Shown here one piece after another: positions 28,932-38,609 of a stretch of DNA of 64,000 nucleotides. Both the position numbers and the translations under genes were made by a program. A model generated the notes under the pieces. The model saw only the letters and a list, made by a program, of their open reading frames with translations, had not been told where the DNA came from and ran no database searches. This DNA is from a virus. The stretch is from positions 1 through 64,000 of IMG/VR virus record IMGVR_UViG_3300037277_000110; one strand, given 5' to 3'. Numbering within the stretch: the stretch's first letter is position 1; every line of letters begins with the position of its first letter.

Positions 28932-29620
28932 ACGCCTTGTTGTTTCTTATTTTCAATGTATTGTGTTAAATTAATATCTTTTAATGATGGAGCTAAGTAT
29001 CCAATAAACATCCTTAATAAATCAGCATGATAAGCTTCTTTCCATTCAAATTCAACTGAATTAGTCGAGTCATAAACATCAATCCCATTTTCCTGTTTTA
29101 CGGTATAAACCGGAGTTGATGGAAGCCTTAAATATGTAAAATCAACATTCATTAAATCTTTAGGATAAGTCTGAATGTAAGTATTATAAAATACGCATAT
29201 AGGATACCTGTCCTCCGGAGCGGTAATTGCGTTACTTAATCTATCAGATAATTCAGCATGAGTTATTGGCTCAACCGGGACAAAATACGATCTAGCGTCT
29301 TCAACATACAAATACATAATATCTGAATAATGAACATAATTTGAGGGCAAGGTTATTTTACCATTTGAATCTACAGTCTGATCATTTACATACACGATAA
29401 AAGGTTCCAAAGCTTCGGTGTTAGCCATTGACACCTGCCATCCACGTGATGTTATAGGTTGTCCTGGTTGCCATTGTTCGGGTAATCCTGTCCAAAGTTT
29501 AAAATAATCCAAATTAACTAATTGTAAAAAAAGATTAATACGATCAGGCCCCATTTTAGTATTTGGAGCTTTATCATTAATTATAGCCGAAGCGGATTGT
29601 ATGAATTGTTTTAAAGTCAT
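28928..29620 (-). CDS. Tail ring/adaptor protein
   Basis: LPSNY, YLRLPSTP, SVEFEW; paralog of previous gene. Confidence 0.65.
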   Translation of the reverse strand: MTLKQFIQSASAIINDKAPNTKMGPDRINLFLQLVNLDYFKLWTGLPEQWQPGQPITSRGWQVSMANTEALEPFIVYVNDQTVDSNGKITLPSNYVHYSDIMYLYVEDARSYFVPVEPITHAELSDRLSNAITAPEDRYPICVFYNTYIQTYPKDLMNVDFTYLRLPSTPVYTVKQENGIDVYDSTNSVEFEWKEAYHADLLRMFIGYLAPSLKDINLTQYIENKKQQGV

Positions 29621-32600
29621 AATGCTGCTGGTTTATATTCTATAGTTCCAAACTTAGCTGTAAAAATTCCAATACTAGCTGTACCTGTAATTTTTAGAAT
29701 ATTATCTATTGTCCAATTTTTACTAGTTAAATCAAATATATAATTATTTAATACATGTAGAGTCTTTATAGAACCTCTCAACGTAGAAGAAGAAGTTCTG
29801 ATTAATTCAGCTTCAATAATAGTTCTACCTGTAATAGCTGTAAGACTACCAATACTTATACTTGTTCCAGCAAAATAAAAATTAATTAATCCTGTAGTTG
29901 TACTACTATCAACTGTAATATACACACTTAGTTTATCTCCATCTGATGCTAATACATTAGCTGGAACTGTATAACTATATAAATCAGTTTCGCCAGTTCC
30001 ACTAGTAGAAACATCTGTATAAAAATCTTTTAATATTCGAGGTGCAATAATCCATGATCTAACTCCTACATCATCAGTAGTTAAAGTATATTTACCAATA
30101 TTATAGGAACCTCCAGGAGTTGTAAAACTAGCTTCAGATGATATCGCATAAACATACGTAGAACTTTGATATATCCTACTATTACTTGTATCAGTTACAG
30201 TTACAGTATACAATCCAGCAAGTACTACTGCTTCAGTTTTATTTGTTGATGTAAAACCGTCAGGCCCAATCCAAGAATAAGTTAATGTATGACTAAGAGG
30301 ATTGTAAACATCAACATCTATAAATGATACTATATCTACAGCTCCTCCTACTAATTCAGTAGTTCCTACAATAGCATTATTAAATGCTTGTACACTTACT
30401 ACTGAAGCACTTGTAGAAGTTAATACTTCGTTTCCTCCACTATATAATTTTGTTGCATATAAATATCCATCATAATTTAACCTATTAATAGCAGTTGGAT
30501 TAACTCCCCCTCCGTACATTTTACCAGAACTAGCAACTCCACCAGCTTCAGTTTTATCAGTATATGGCCTATAAGCTACAGTTCCTAAATCGAATTTTAA
30601 TAGTCCGTCAGTTGGGGTCACCCCTCCACTGCCACCAGCATGATATAATCCATCTTCTCCAAGAAAATTAGAAGCGGAACCTCCGGTATTTAAAATAGAT
30701 GCTTTATTCCATGTAGTTTTATTTGCTGCTGTAATAGTTGTTACAGCAGTGTAACTTGTAAAATCAGTTTTTAAAGCATATCCAGTTAAAGTTGTAAGCT
30801 GAGTAAGAGTTATAGGCGAACCTCCATTAGCGTTTGAGTCACGAAATTCTAAATCATTTCCTGACGTCCTATGAATATAAACATCTGAAGATCCAAAAGC
30901 TAGACGTTTTATCGTATTTACATAAACGTCAGCATTAAATGTAATTGACTGATTTAAAAAATCACCATAAACTAAAGGAGTAGCTGTATTTGAATTAGCA
31001 ATGTAAAGTAAATTACTTCCAGCTTCTAAATCACCAGCGTTAGGGCCTATTAATAAATTTGAATTTTCGTATCTAAAAAAGTTACTATCGAAATTATTTG
31101 CTATAATATGTCCGACAACATCTAATTCGGCAGTAGGCACCGGTTGATTAATTCCAACCATATTAGCTCCTGTACCATAATTAATAGTTGCCCCCACTTG
31201 GGCCCAAAAGTTAGTTGCCCCACTTACAAGTTGAGAAAGAGTTTTGGTATAATGATGATCTTTAAGAACTAAATCATTGGCTGAACGATATAATTTTACA
31301 TCTCCCCAATGTCTAAATCCTGAACCCGATCCTGATCCTGAAGTTCCAATAAAATCAATTTCATCAAAAATCTGAACTATTCCCGCAATCTGATGTTGAG
31401 TATATAAAGTACTGGTATACTTGTCATAAAGTAAATTATTACTTCCTTCTGTAGCGGCTCCATTTATAAATACTACTTGTTTGTCAGATGTATTATGTAA
31501 TGTTACATATTTATAATTACCATCATCGGCTAAAAATTGAGTCCCTAAACCAGAATTAATGACATTTGCAGCTGCACTTGATGTGCTTAATGCATCAGTT
31601 ATACCATATCCTGATAAAGTCGTAGACTTACCGGTTATTTTAGTTGTCCAATCCCATGTTTTAGCATCGACTTGAGTTTTTGTATAGGCATCAGTTATAC
31701 CATAGCCTGAAATAGTCGTAGGGATACCAGTCGTTATTTTACTCCAATCTAAAGAAGGAATATCGGAAGCTGATAAGTCTACTCCTGAAGTTACAAGTCC
31801 TTTTGAATCATAAGTTATCTTAGTATGTGTAGCCCCTGTTATTACAGTATTGGCTATTACACTATTGGTAATTCCATATCCGGCTAAAGTTGTTGGTTTA
31901 TTGGTTAAATTATCAAAATGTACCTGAGCCTGACCTGAAGTCTGTAAATTAGTTTTTGTATATACATTTCCTACTAATCCATAAGCTGATTCCCAATGTG
32001 TTATATTTGTAGCTGTGATAGCTCTTACTGAATCAAAAGCTGTAAAATCTATTTTTAAAACATCACCTTGACCTGCCGTATGCCAATTACCATCACCTCC
32101 CATGTAATCTGTTACATTTCCGGAAAGTTGTTTCAGCATACCGCCACTTAAGGTTGTAGCTAATCCAAAACTTAATACTTGGTTAACATTTATTGTTGCC
32201 CCAAAAGCATAAGTTGGACTTATGGATACTGGTAAATGAGTTGTTCCAACCCCGTGTGAACTAAATGGAATAACCTCTTCAGGGAAAATCATTGTTATTA
32301 CATCATTTAGCTGGACAAGGATATCAACAGCCTTGTTATAAGCCGTAGCTAAATCATTATAATATATTGCTAAGTCATATTCTGAATAAGAAGCTCCAAT
32401 TAAAAGTAATCTATCTTTTAGTCGGTAAGCCTCATCCCTGTCTTTATCCAGAGCTGTAAAATATCGTAATCTTAATACTTCAATATATCCACGAATCTGA
32501 TTCATGTCTATATTAAAAGCGGTTATCGTTTGAGTGTCGGTTATACTTACATTGATAATAAGACCATCTCCCATTGTATAAACTAAAACAGAAGTTACAG

Positions 32601-33129
32601 TTGAAGCCCATTCACCAGACCAAATATTAGGAGAATAGTCTATTGTCTGGTTAGAATTTGATGTAGTCGAAAGTGGACTCCCGGATGGTGGAATTACTGT
32701 ATGAGTTCTTATTAAACTTGTGTAAGTACCATAAACCGTATCATCCCGTGATTCAAAAGTACTGTTATACCCATCAGGAGTTTGAGTTATTATAACTTCT
32801 GGAACTATGAAACTATAAGTATAGTTATTAGTTTGGGTCGAGATAGTAGTTACATCTTGTACTGAATATTGAACCGAATAAGCTCCGGCCAAAATAAATC
32901 CAGCCTGATTTTGAGGTAATGGAATCCAAGGAGAATATAAACTAGTTGCCGGAGTTACATCAGGAGTTGTATAAGTTTGTGTATTATAAACTACTCCACG
33001 AGGGGTTGTTAGTTTCAGTATGCCCTTAACATTATTTATATCAATTCCCTGTCCAGCATAATTTGTTGTATCCTGAATTCGGAATTTTCTCTGATTAATG
33101 TCAAAATATGTTATAAACGATAAAGTCAT
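29617..33129 (-). CDS. Tail fibre protein
   Basis: Three xPTTLxGYGIT-like repeats, TKITYDSKGLVTSG fibre repeat, VGINQPVPTAELDV. Confidence 0.8.
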   Translation of the reverse strand: MTLSFITYFDINQRKFRIQDTTNYAGQGIDINNVKGILKLTTPRGVVYNTQTYTTPDVTPATSLYSPWIPLPQNQAGFILAGAYSVQYSVQDVTTISTQTNNYTYSFIVPEVIITQTPDGYNSTFESRDDTVYGTYTSLIRTHTVIPPSGSPLSTTSNSNQTIDYSPNIWSGEWASTVTSVLVYTMGDGLIINVSITDTQTITAFNIDMNQIRGYIEVLRLRYFTALDKDRDEAYRLKDRLLLIGASYSEYDLAIYYNDLATAYNKAVDILVQLNDVITMIFPEEVIPFSSHGVGTTHLPVSISPTYAFGATINVNQVLSFGLATTLSGGMLKQLSGNVTDYMGGDGNWHTAGQGDVLKIDFTAFDSVRAITATNITHWESAYGLVGNVYTKTNLQTSGQAQVHFDNLTNKPTTLAGYGITNSVIANTVITGATHTKITYDSKGLVTSGVDLSASDIPSLDWSKITTGIPTTISGYGITDAYTKTQVDAKTWDWTTKITGKSTTLSGYGITDALSTSSAAANVINSGLGTQFLADDGNYKYVTLHNTSDKQVVFINGAATEGSNNLLYDKYTSTLYTQHQIAGIVQIFDEIDFIGTSGSGSGSGFRHWGDVKLYRSANDLVLKDHHYTKTLSQLVSGATNFWAQVGATINYGTGANMVGINQPVPTAELDVVGHIIANNFDSNFFRYENSNLLIGPNAGDLEAGSNLLYIANSNTATPLVYGDFLNQSITFNADVYVNTIKRLAFGSSDVYIHRTSGNDLEFRDSNANGGSPITLTQLTTLTGYALKTDFTSYTAVTTITAANKTTWNKASILNTGGSASNFLGEDGLYHAGGSGGVTPTDGLLKFDLGTVAYRPYTDKTEAGGVASSGKMYGGGVNPTAINRLNYDGYLYATKLYSGGNEVLTSTSASVVSVQAFNNAIVGTTELVGGAVDIVSFIDVDVYNPLSHTLTYSWIGPDGFTSTNKTEAVVLAGLYTVTVTDTSNSRIYQSSTYVYAISSEASFTTPGGSYNIGKYTLTTDDVGVRSWIIAPRILKDFYTDVSTSGTGETDLYSYTVPANVLASDGDKLSVYITVDSSTTTGLINFYFAGTSISIGSLTAITGRTIIEAELIRTSSSTLRGSIKTLHVLNNYIFDLTSKNWTIDNILKITGTASIGIFTAKFGTIEYKPAAL

Positions 33130-33148
33130 TTTTCATGTATTACTATTC

Positions 33149-33186
33149 CAAAAATAAGTAAAATAGTAATACATGTTTTTTAACAT
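33149..33186 (-). promoter_or_regulatory. Late promoter TATTTTTG plus ATGTT-N4-AACAT operator
   Basis: 16-nt gap between elements. Confidence 0.7.
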
Positions 33187-33191
33187 AAAAC

Positions 33192-33440
33192 TTATTCGTT
33201 ATCAATAATAAAAATAACTCCATCAATAGTTAATTTTTCTTTTGCCCAACGCCAAGCATGATAAGATTTTTTTCGACCAGTTATTTTGCTTATTTTATCC
33301 TTACAGAAATTTGACTTTGTTTTAAGATTTAAAATAACTCCAATATGTTCAAAAATTTGAATTAAATCTGAGTTTTCTAATTCCCCATTATGGATGCATT
33401 CTATTAATCTTTCCTTTATCTGTTCTGATCTTTCAGGCAT
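33192..33440 (-). CDS. Hypothetical protein, possible small DNA-binding protein
   Basis: ORF track; TIDGVIFI C-terminal wing-like hairpin. Confidence 0.5.
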   Translation of the reverse strand: MPERSEQIKERLIECIHNGELENSDLIQIFEHIGVILNLKTKSNFCKDKISKITGRKKSYHAWRWAKEKLTIDGVIFIIDNE

Positions 33441-33472
33441 GTTAATTTTTTTTAATTGTTGTTATTAGGGTG

Positions 33473-34129
33473 TTATACACAACCTAAAAGAGCGTCCGTG
33501 CTTTTCTTTCGACTGTGCAAATTGTGTCATTATGTTGCCCTCCATGAGCAACCGTGAGAATCTCAATAATTTCAAATCCTTTTGTCTTACCTATCCCGTT
33601 GGTATTCCATCCGAATGAAATTACTATGCCATCAGGTTTCGTTATTCGTGCTATTTCCTTTTTTAAGTTGCCCCAAAAACTGGATTGTGTCGTTTGCATA
33701 TTTACAGTTTTGCCAAGTTTTTTATAGCACTCACTTACTTGTCTTGGGCTGTATGGTGGGTCGTATAAAACAAAATCCACGCTATTGTCGGAAAATTGTT
33801 TTAAAAAGTCCAAAGCATCCATGCAATAATCAGCCTTCATTTCAGGGTCTAAATCATTGGTTATTTTAGCAATCCTGTTTTTGTTTGCAAATGGGTCTAT
33901 GCTTTCAAATTCGGGCTTAAAATATTTATATATCAATTTGCCAATACATTTAATATCAAAAGTATTTGAATTAGGCATCTCCCAAATACGTGAAAATAAA
34001 GGCTGTGTATAACACGGTATATAACCAATAGCGGTTTCCGTGGTTTGTGTTTGTTCAGTTGTATCTATATTCATTCTACTAATTTGATAAGTTATTACTA
34101 TTTATCCGCTACTGGTCATATACCCAACG
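33473..34129 (+). mobile_element. Integron-like gene cassette with attC-like site (34007-34135)
   Basis: GTTATACACA (33472-81) is the exact reverse complement of TGTGTATAAC (34004-13); 17/19 inner arms; ends G/TTATAT. Confidence 0.6.
33484..34074 (-). CDS. Amino-methyltransferase (N6-adenine/N4-cytosine type)
   Basis: IDPFAN SAM-binding-like motif, VLYDPPYS catalytic motif, HGGQHND. Confidence 0.8.
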   Translation of the reverse strand: MNIDTTEQTQTTETAIGYIPCYTQPLFSRIWEMPNSNTFDIKCIGKLIYKYFKPEFESIDPFANKNRIAKITNDLDPEMKADYCMDALDFLKQFSDNSVDFVLYDPPYSPRQVSECYKKLGKTVNMQTTQSSFWGNLKKEIARITKPDGIVISFGWNTNGIGKTKGFEIIEILTVAHGGQHNDTICTVERKARTLF

Positions 34130-34141
34130 TTATATCAGATA

Positions 34142-34149
34142 CAAATATA
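34142..34149 (-). promoter_or_regulatory. Sigma-A -7 element TATATTTG upstream of methyltransferase
   Basis: Consensus match. Confidence 0.55.
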
Positions 34150-34196
34150 TTAATTATTTTTAACATTACAAAACTTTAACCTTAAATTTTATTAAC

Positions 34197-34230
34197 AAAA
34201 AAGCCCGATCAGAATAAATCCAACCGGGCC
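34197..34230 (-). terminator. Intrinsic terminator of capsid operon
   Basis: GCCCGGTTGGA/TCTGATCGGGC stem followed by T6 on minus strand. Confidence 0.75.
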
Positions 34231-34256
34231 AACCAACAAACCAAATCAACGGGAAA

Positions 34257-35282
34257 CTAGACTGGTATTCCTTTTTCAAGCATTTCAGCTTCAATTTCTG
34301 GTCTTTTTTTCCCGTGTGTTTTTATCCCATTATCAATGGCTTTGGCTATTACTTCTCTTGATGTCATGTGCGAATATGGAGTAGTTACCTGAATATTTCC
34401 ACCAATACATTTTTCAAGTGTCTGGAATAATTCAGCATTCATTCTTAAATGTTCAAACAAAACATCATGTTTTTCATTGAGTTGAACTGGAAGTACTGGT
34501 ACAATATAATCTGTATATTCGCCAGTTGCTGAATCCAACCAGAACCAAGCATTTTGCTGTGCGTTAAAAGCAATTACTTTTTTGTCGATAGCTTTTTGCA
34601 TTAATGCCCTGAACTTAGTTATGGTATTTCCGTTACCTCTTACTTCATCCACAAATTCTGTAATACCACGTTTGGTAATATCTACATTCCGGTTAGATTC
34701 GGTTACAACATCTTTTAAACGAAGTTTTAGCTGATTCATTCCTAATTGTTGAGCATTCGGAATATTCCATGAAGAAGCTATATCTCTTAGTTTTTGAGGT
34801 TCTTCAAGTAATGGGCTCATTTCACTGAACAAATAGAAATTCAAGGCTGATTCAGCACTTATTTCAGTGATGACTTTTTCAGCTTCCTGTTCCAGATCTT
34901 CCAGACCAAATCCTATTTTAAGAAGGTTAGAAACATAGATTAAGAAATAAACTTTATCAGTTTCCCTTACAGGATCTAAATAAAGTTCACCATTGGTAAT
35001 TAAAATAGATCGAGTGGAAAATTTTAATTCCCCATCAACCATATTGGGCCTATTTTTGGTATATACCCAAGTTTCGGACATTCCATCTCTTATAATAGAA
35101 CCTTTAGTCGAAATAGTATAAGATGGGATAGGTTCTTTTACGCCTGTAGGATTAATCCCCGGTGTAGAAAGTAATTTTATTTTTAAAGGATTGGACATTT
35201 TTTGAATCTTTTCAAACTCCTTTTTAAGCCATGTCCATTCTGGCTTTTTTAGATCTACTAATTCATCATTGACATACAACAT
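34257..35282 (-). CDS. Conserved crAss-like protein downstream of MCP
   Basis: 341 aa; synteny; KAIDKKVI motif. Confidence 0.6.
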   Translation of the reverse strand: MLYVNDELVDLKKPEWTWLKKEFEKIQKMSNPLKIKLLSTPGINPTGVKEPIPSYTISTKGSIIRDGMSETWVYTKNRPNMVDGELKFSTRSILITNGELYLDPVRETDKVYFLIYVSNLLKIGFGLEDLEQEAEKVITEISAESALNFYLFSEMSPLLEEPQKLRDIASSWNIPNAQQLGMNQLKLRLKDVVTESNRNVDITKRGITEFVDEVRGNGNTITKFRALMQKAIDKKVIAFNAQQNAWFWLDSATGEYTDYIVPVLPVQLNEKHDVLFEHLRMNAELFQTLEKCIGGNIQVTTPYSHMTSREVIAKAIDNGIKTHGKKRPEIEAEMLEKGIPV

Positions 35283-35298
35283 AGTTTCCCGTTTTTAA

Positions 35299-35598
35299 TT
35301 ATATTTCCTTAATAATATAAGTCATTCCTGATCTCTTAAATATTAAACATGGCTCATATTTTTTAATTAATTCCTTAGTTTCTGGATCATTAAATTCTTT
35401 AATAAAATCACACCCAACATCCTTAAAATTTTTCATATTATTTTTACTAAGTGGTATAATCCAAATAGTAGGTGAAATCCCATTTGAAATAAGTTCAATA
35501 TTTTTTAAATCCCAAAATTCCTCCCATATTTTTTTATTGAATTCTTCCATTTCGATTTTTAATTTTTCTTTCATTTCGATTTTTAATTTTTCTTTCAT
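35299..35598 (-). CDS. Hypothetical protein with duplicated N-terminus MKEKLKIE x2
   Basis: 24-bp tandem duplication at start. Confidence 0.5.
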   Translation of the reverse strand: MKEKLKIEMKEKLKIEMEEFNKKIWEEFWDLKNIELISNGISPTIWIIPLSKNNMKNFKDVGCDFIKEFNDPETKELIKKYEPCLIFKRSGMTYIIKEI

Positions 35599-35615
35599 TG
35601 CTGCTTTTAGTTTAA

Positions 35616-35876
35616 TTATTCACACTTATCTGGATTTTCTTTAGTAAATCCATAATTATCATATTTGACACACTTATAAAATTCTCGTGCAACATGACGA
35701 ACATCCTTAAAATCAAATAGTTTTTTTTCTTCGATTTTATTACGTTCAACTATTAAATTACAGGCCATTTCTAAACATTTTATCCTAATGTTTCGTTCTT
35801 CGATAGATTTTCTATCAAAAAAACTAGATGACAGAAGAATCAATTTACCAAATAAAAAAACTTTATATCCTTTCAT
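35616..35876 (-). CDS. Hypothetical protein
   Basis: IRIKCLEMA...AREFY pattern. Confidence 0.5.
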   Translation of the reverse strand: MKGYKVFLFGKLILLSSSFFDRKSIEERNIRIKCLEMACNLIVERNKIEEKKLFDFKDVRHVAREFYKCVKYDNYGFTKENPDKCE

Positions 35877-35900
35877 TATTTCCCGTTTTTAGTTTGTTAA

Positions 35901-35920
35901 AAGGGGTATTTCTACCCCTT
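35901..35920 (-). terminator. Terminator after major capsid gene
   Basis: AAGGGGTA/TACCCCTT hairpin. Confidence 0.65.
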
Positions 35921-35924
35921 CATT

Positions 35925-37382
35925 TTATGCAGTTTTATTAATTAAAACCATTTGATTTACCTTAGTGGCTACAAGCATGTTTTCTGACAACATGTAGCCT
36001 TCAATAGCATCATAATCGTTCATAACAGGAGCGGATTGACCACTCATACCATTTACGACTCCGACAACTCTCTGACGATTTTCACCCTTATCATTCAGGT
36101 AGCCTAACATCAAGTTTCCTAATTTAGCAGGAGCCTGTTCATCACCGATGGTAACTTTATTTTCTCCCATAGGAATCATGAATCCCATCGAACGAAATAC
36201 ATCATTGTAAGATGACAAACCATAAGTATTAGGATTACTTAAGTTAGCGAATTCTTTTACAAGATAACGGAAAGACTGTTTACGAATACCTTTGAATTCA
36301 ACACCAACTTCATTAATTTTAGTCATGATGTCTGTTTTTGAGAATTCTTTGATAAAGTCGTAAGCTCCGTTTTCAATATCACGATACAGAAGATCACCAA
36401 CACCGAATAACACATCCTGGGCAGTTACTCCATTATTGATCATTAATGGTTTGATATCATCCAAATCAGCCACTTCGTATTTGTCGAAGTAATTCTGTTT
36501 CTGAGCAAGTAATTGCATCCATTCAAGTAAACCACGAGATGCTAATATAGCAACAGATTCACTGTATTTATTGGTGTCTACTAACGAAGTATTATCGTTA
36601 AACTCACCAGTCCACAATGAATGGTTGATCTTTTTATTTAACAGGAATTCTGCCTGAAGGAAAGCTCTGTTATATAATCCAGAACCACCCCCTTTTAATG
36701 CATAATCCAGATAATTTTCCTGAGCTAACATACCACCTTCTAAAGCAAAGGTTTCTTTGTTTATACCTGAATAGAATGTACGTTGTAAAGAACCATAAGT
36801 AGTTCCTGATGGCTGGCGAGTACCAGTTCCATAAGAATCCCTGGTTACTGCAAGTTTAGTCCCAATAGGAACTGCGGTTGCAATTTGAGCTGCTGTAAAT
36901 GACGTACCTGTCTTATTGAATGGCATGGCTACGAAAGTAAGAGTATTAGTTGTACCACTTACTGACATTACACGATATTCATACTCCTTAGCAGTATTAG
37001 TCTGATATGCACGAGGAATAAGAATAGAATCACCAACTCTTAATGGAGGATTGTTGTTAGTATCGTAATCGGCAGTTGAAATCTTGAATGAAATAGTTGC
37101 ACCAGCAGCACCGGTAGCAATACCTACGCCAGTACCAATATCGGCAAGGGTAATAGGTTTTTCAATAGCTGCTTGTTCAAATATTTTAAGATTACGTCCC
37201 TTAATATTCATGGTATTACCCATTAAATTAAGGAATTCAAAAAGATCAAAAGAATTACCATATATATAGAATACTTCTTTCCAGATCTGAGGGACAAGTT
37301 CGAAAGAATAAATCGACTGCCATGCTTGCGTCCACGCACCGCTATGTAAATAACTGGTTGCGGGTGTTAAATTTGTTGCCAT
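35925..37382 (-). CDS. Major capsid protein
   Basis: 485 aa; follows scaffold; LW.GE, GLL.W motifs; followed by terminator. Confidence 0.8.
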   Translation of the reverse strand: MATNLTPATSYLHSGAWTQAWQSIYSFELVPQIWKEVFYIYGNSFDLFEFLNLMGNTMNIKGRNLKIFEQAAIEKPITLADIGTGVGIATGAAGATISFKISTADYDTNNNPPLRVGDSILIPRAYQTNTAKEYEYRVMSVSGTTNTLTFVAMPFNKTGTSFTAAQIATAVPIGTKLAVTRDSYGTGTRQPSGTTYGSLQRTFYSGINKETFALEGGMLAQENYLDYALKGGGSGLYNRAFLQAEFLLNKKINHSLWTGEFNDNTSLVDTNKYSESVAILASRGLLEWMQLLAQKQNYFDKYEVADLDDIKPLMINNGVTAQDVLFGVGDLLYRDIENGAYDFIKEFSKTDIMTKINEVGVEFKGIRKQSFRYLVKEFANLSNPNTYGLSSYNDVFRSMGFMIPMGENKVTIGDEQAPAKLGNLMLGYLNDKGENRQRVVGVVNGMSGQSAPVMNDYDAIEGYMLSENMLVATKVNQMVLINKTA

Positions 37383-37400
37383 TTTTTTTAATTTTTAAGT

Positions 37401-38543
37401 TTAACCATTTCGGATGGCACTAATCCAAGATTCGGTTTGTTTTTCGACATCACCAATAGGGGCTACTTTATCAGATAAAGGATTTGTATTGTTTACTTTT
37501 TGATGCCATTCATCATCTTTCTGGGTAGCTATTGAAAGACCATAAGATTTCATCATTTTTGGCAATTGTTGTAAAGCAAATTTTCCTTTTATCATATCAA
37601 GGGAATCTTTTACTGTTTTTTCATTGACTTGCTGGCCAGTGTATGCAAGATAGTTAACCATATCCTGCTTTATAGCTTTTCTGTCTTCATCAGTATATTC
37701 AACCTGATATTTATAAATTTCCTTTAAATCACCCTTTTCATCGGTATCGAAAATTGTTAGTTCCTTAAAGTCTTGTAGTGCTTTATCCATTAACGGACTC
37801 CATTCTTGTTTTACTTGTTCAATTTTGGCATTTTCACGTGAAATCAACTCTGATTTCATTTTTTCTACATCAATTGGAAGTTGTGGCTCAACTTTCTGAA
37901 GATTCTTAAACTCAGTCTTAACCTTGTTAGCCTCTTTAGAAATTTTGTTTTTAGTCAGTGTGTCCCAACTTGACTTGTCATCGACATCAATACCAAACTC
38001 TGATGCTAACAATTCCCTTGCTCCGGCTTCTCCGCCTTCTATGTTTGGGTTTTGTAACATCTCGTTTAAAACAAGTAAATCAAAATTGTCCGTTTTATCT
38101 ATATCTAGTGTGCTAATTTTAGTCATTAAGGTAACATCCTTATCCGGATATTTCTTTAACATTAAGTTAGTATGATAAACATCATCATTAGCGAAGAAGT
38201 CTTTAGGATTAATATATTTCCCTACTTCTTCGTATTTTTTTTGTAAGTCTGATAGATCCAACTTAGCCTTTTCATACTCTGTCAACTTACCTTCGTATTC
38301 GGTAACTTTGCCTTGTAAATCAAAAAGAGACTTTATTTCATCAGCTTTTTTAAATTCCTTGCCAAAATGCTTATTAAAATGGTCAAGATTGAATTCTACA
38401 GGAGGATCATTGGCCGGTGGTTGATTATTTGGTTCTGCTGGTGGATCGACAGGAGGATTTGTATCTGTTGAAGGTGTTACATCTCCGGCAGGATTATCTC
38501 CTTTAAGTGAATATTGTTTAAATACGTTGTCTAATGTGTCCAT
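37401..38543 (-). CDS. Putative scaffolding protein
   Basis: Acidic/Pro-rich N-terminus, coiled coil, directly upstream of MCP. Confidence 0.65.
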   Translation of the reverse strand: MDTLDNVFKQYSLKGDNPAGDVTPSTDTNPPVDPPAEPNNQPPANDPPVEFNLDHFNKHFGKEFKKADEIKSLFDLQGKVTEYEGKLTEYEKAKLDLSDLQKKYEEVGKYINPKDFFANDDVYHTNLMLKKYPDKDVTLMTKISTLDIDKTDNFDLLVLNEMLQNPNIEGGEAGARELLASEFGIDVDDKSSWDTLTKNKISKEANKVKTEFKNLQKVEPQLPIDVEKMKSELISRENAKIEQVKQEWSPLMDKALQDFKELTIFDTDEKGDLKEIYKYQVEYTDEDRKAIKQDMVNYLAYTGQQVNEKTVKDSLDMIKGKFALQQLPKMMKSYGLSIATQKDDEWHQKVNNTNPLSDKVAPIGDVEKQTESWISAIRNG

Positions 38544-38568
38544 AATATATTTTTTAGTTTCCCTGCGA

Positions 38569-38606
38569 CAAAATTATGTAAAAAAATAATACATGTTTTT
38601 AAACAT
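38569..38606 (-). promoter_or_regulatory. Late promoter TAATTTTG plus ATGTT-N4-AACAT operator
   Basis: 16-nt gap. Confidence 0.7.
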
Positions 38607-38609
38607 ATT

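Noticed and set aside
9856-33129. Diversity-generating retroelement acting on fibre genes
   Set aside because: No reverse transcriptase or template/variable repeat pair noticed in the window
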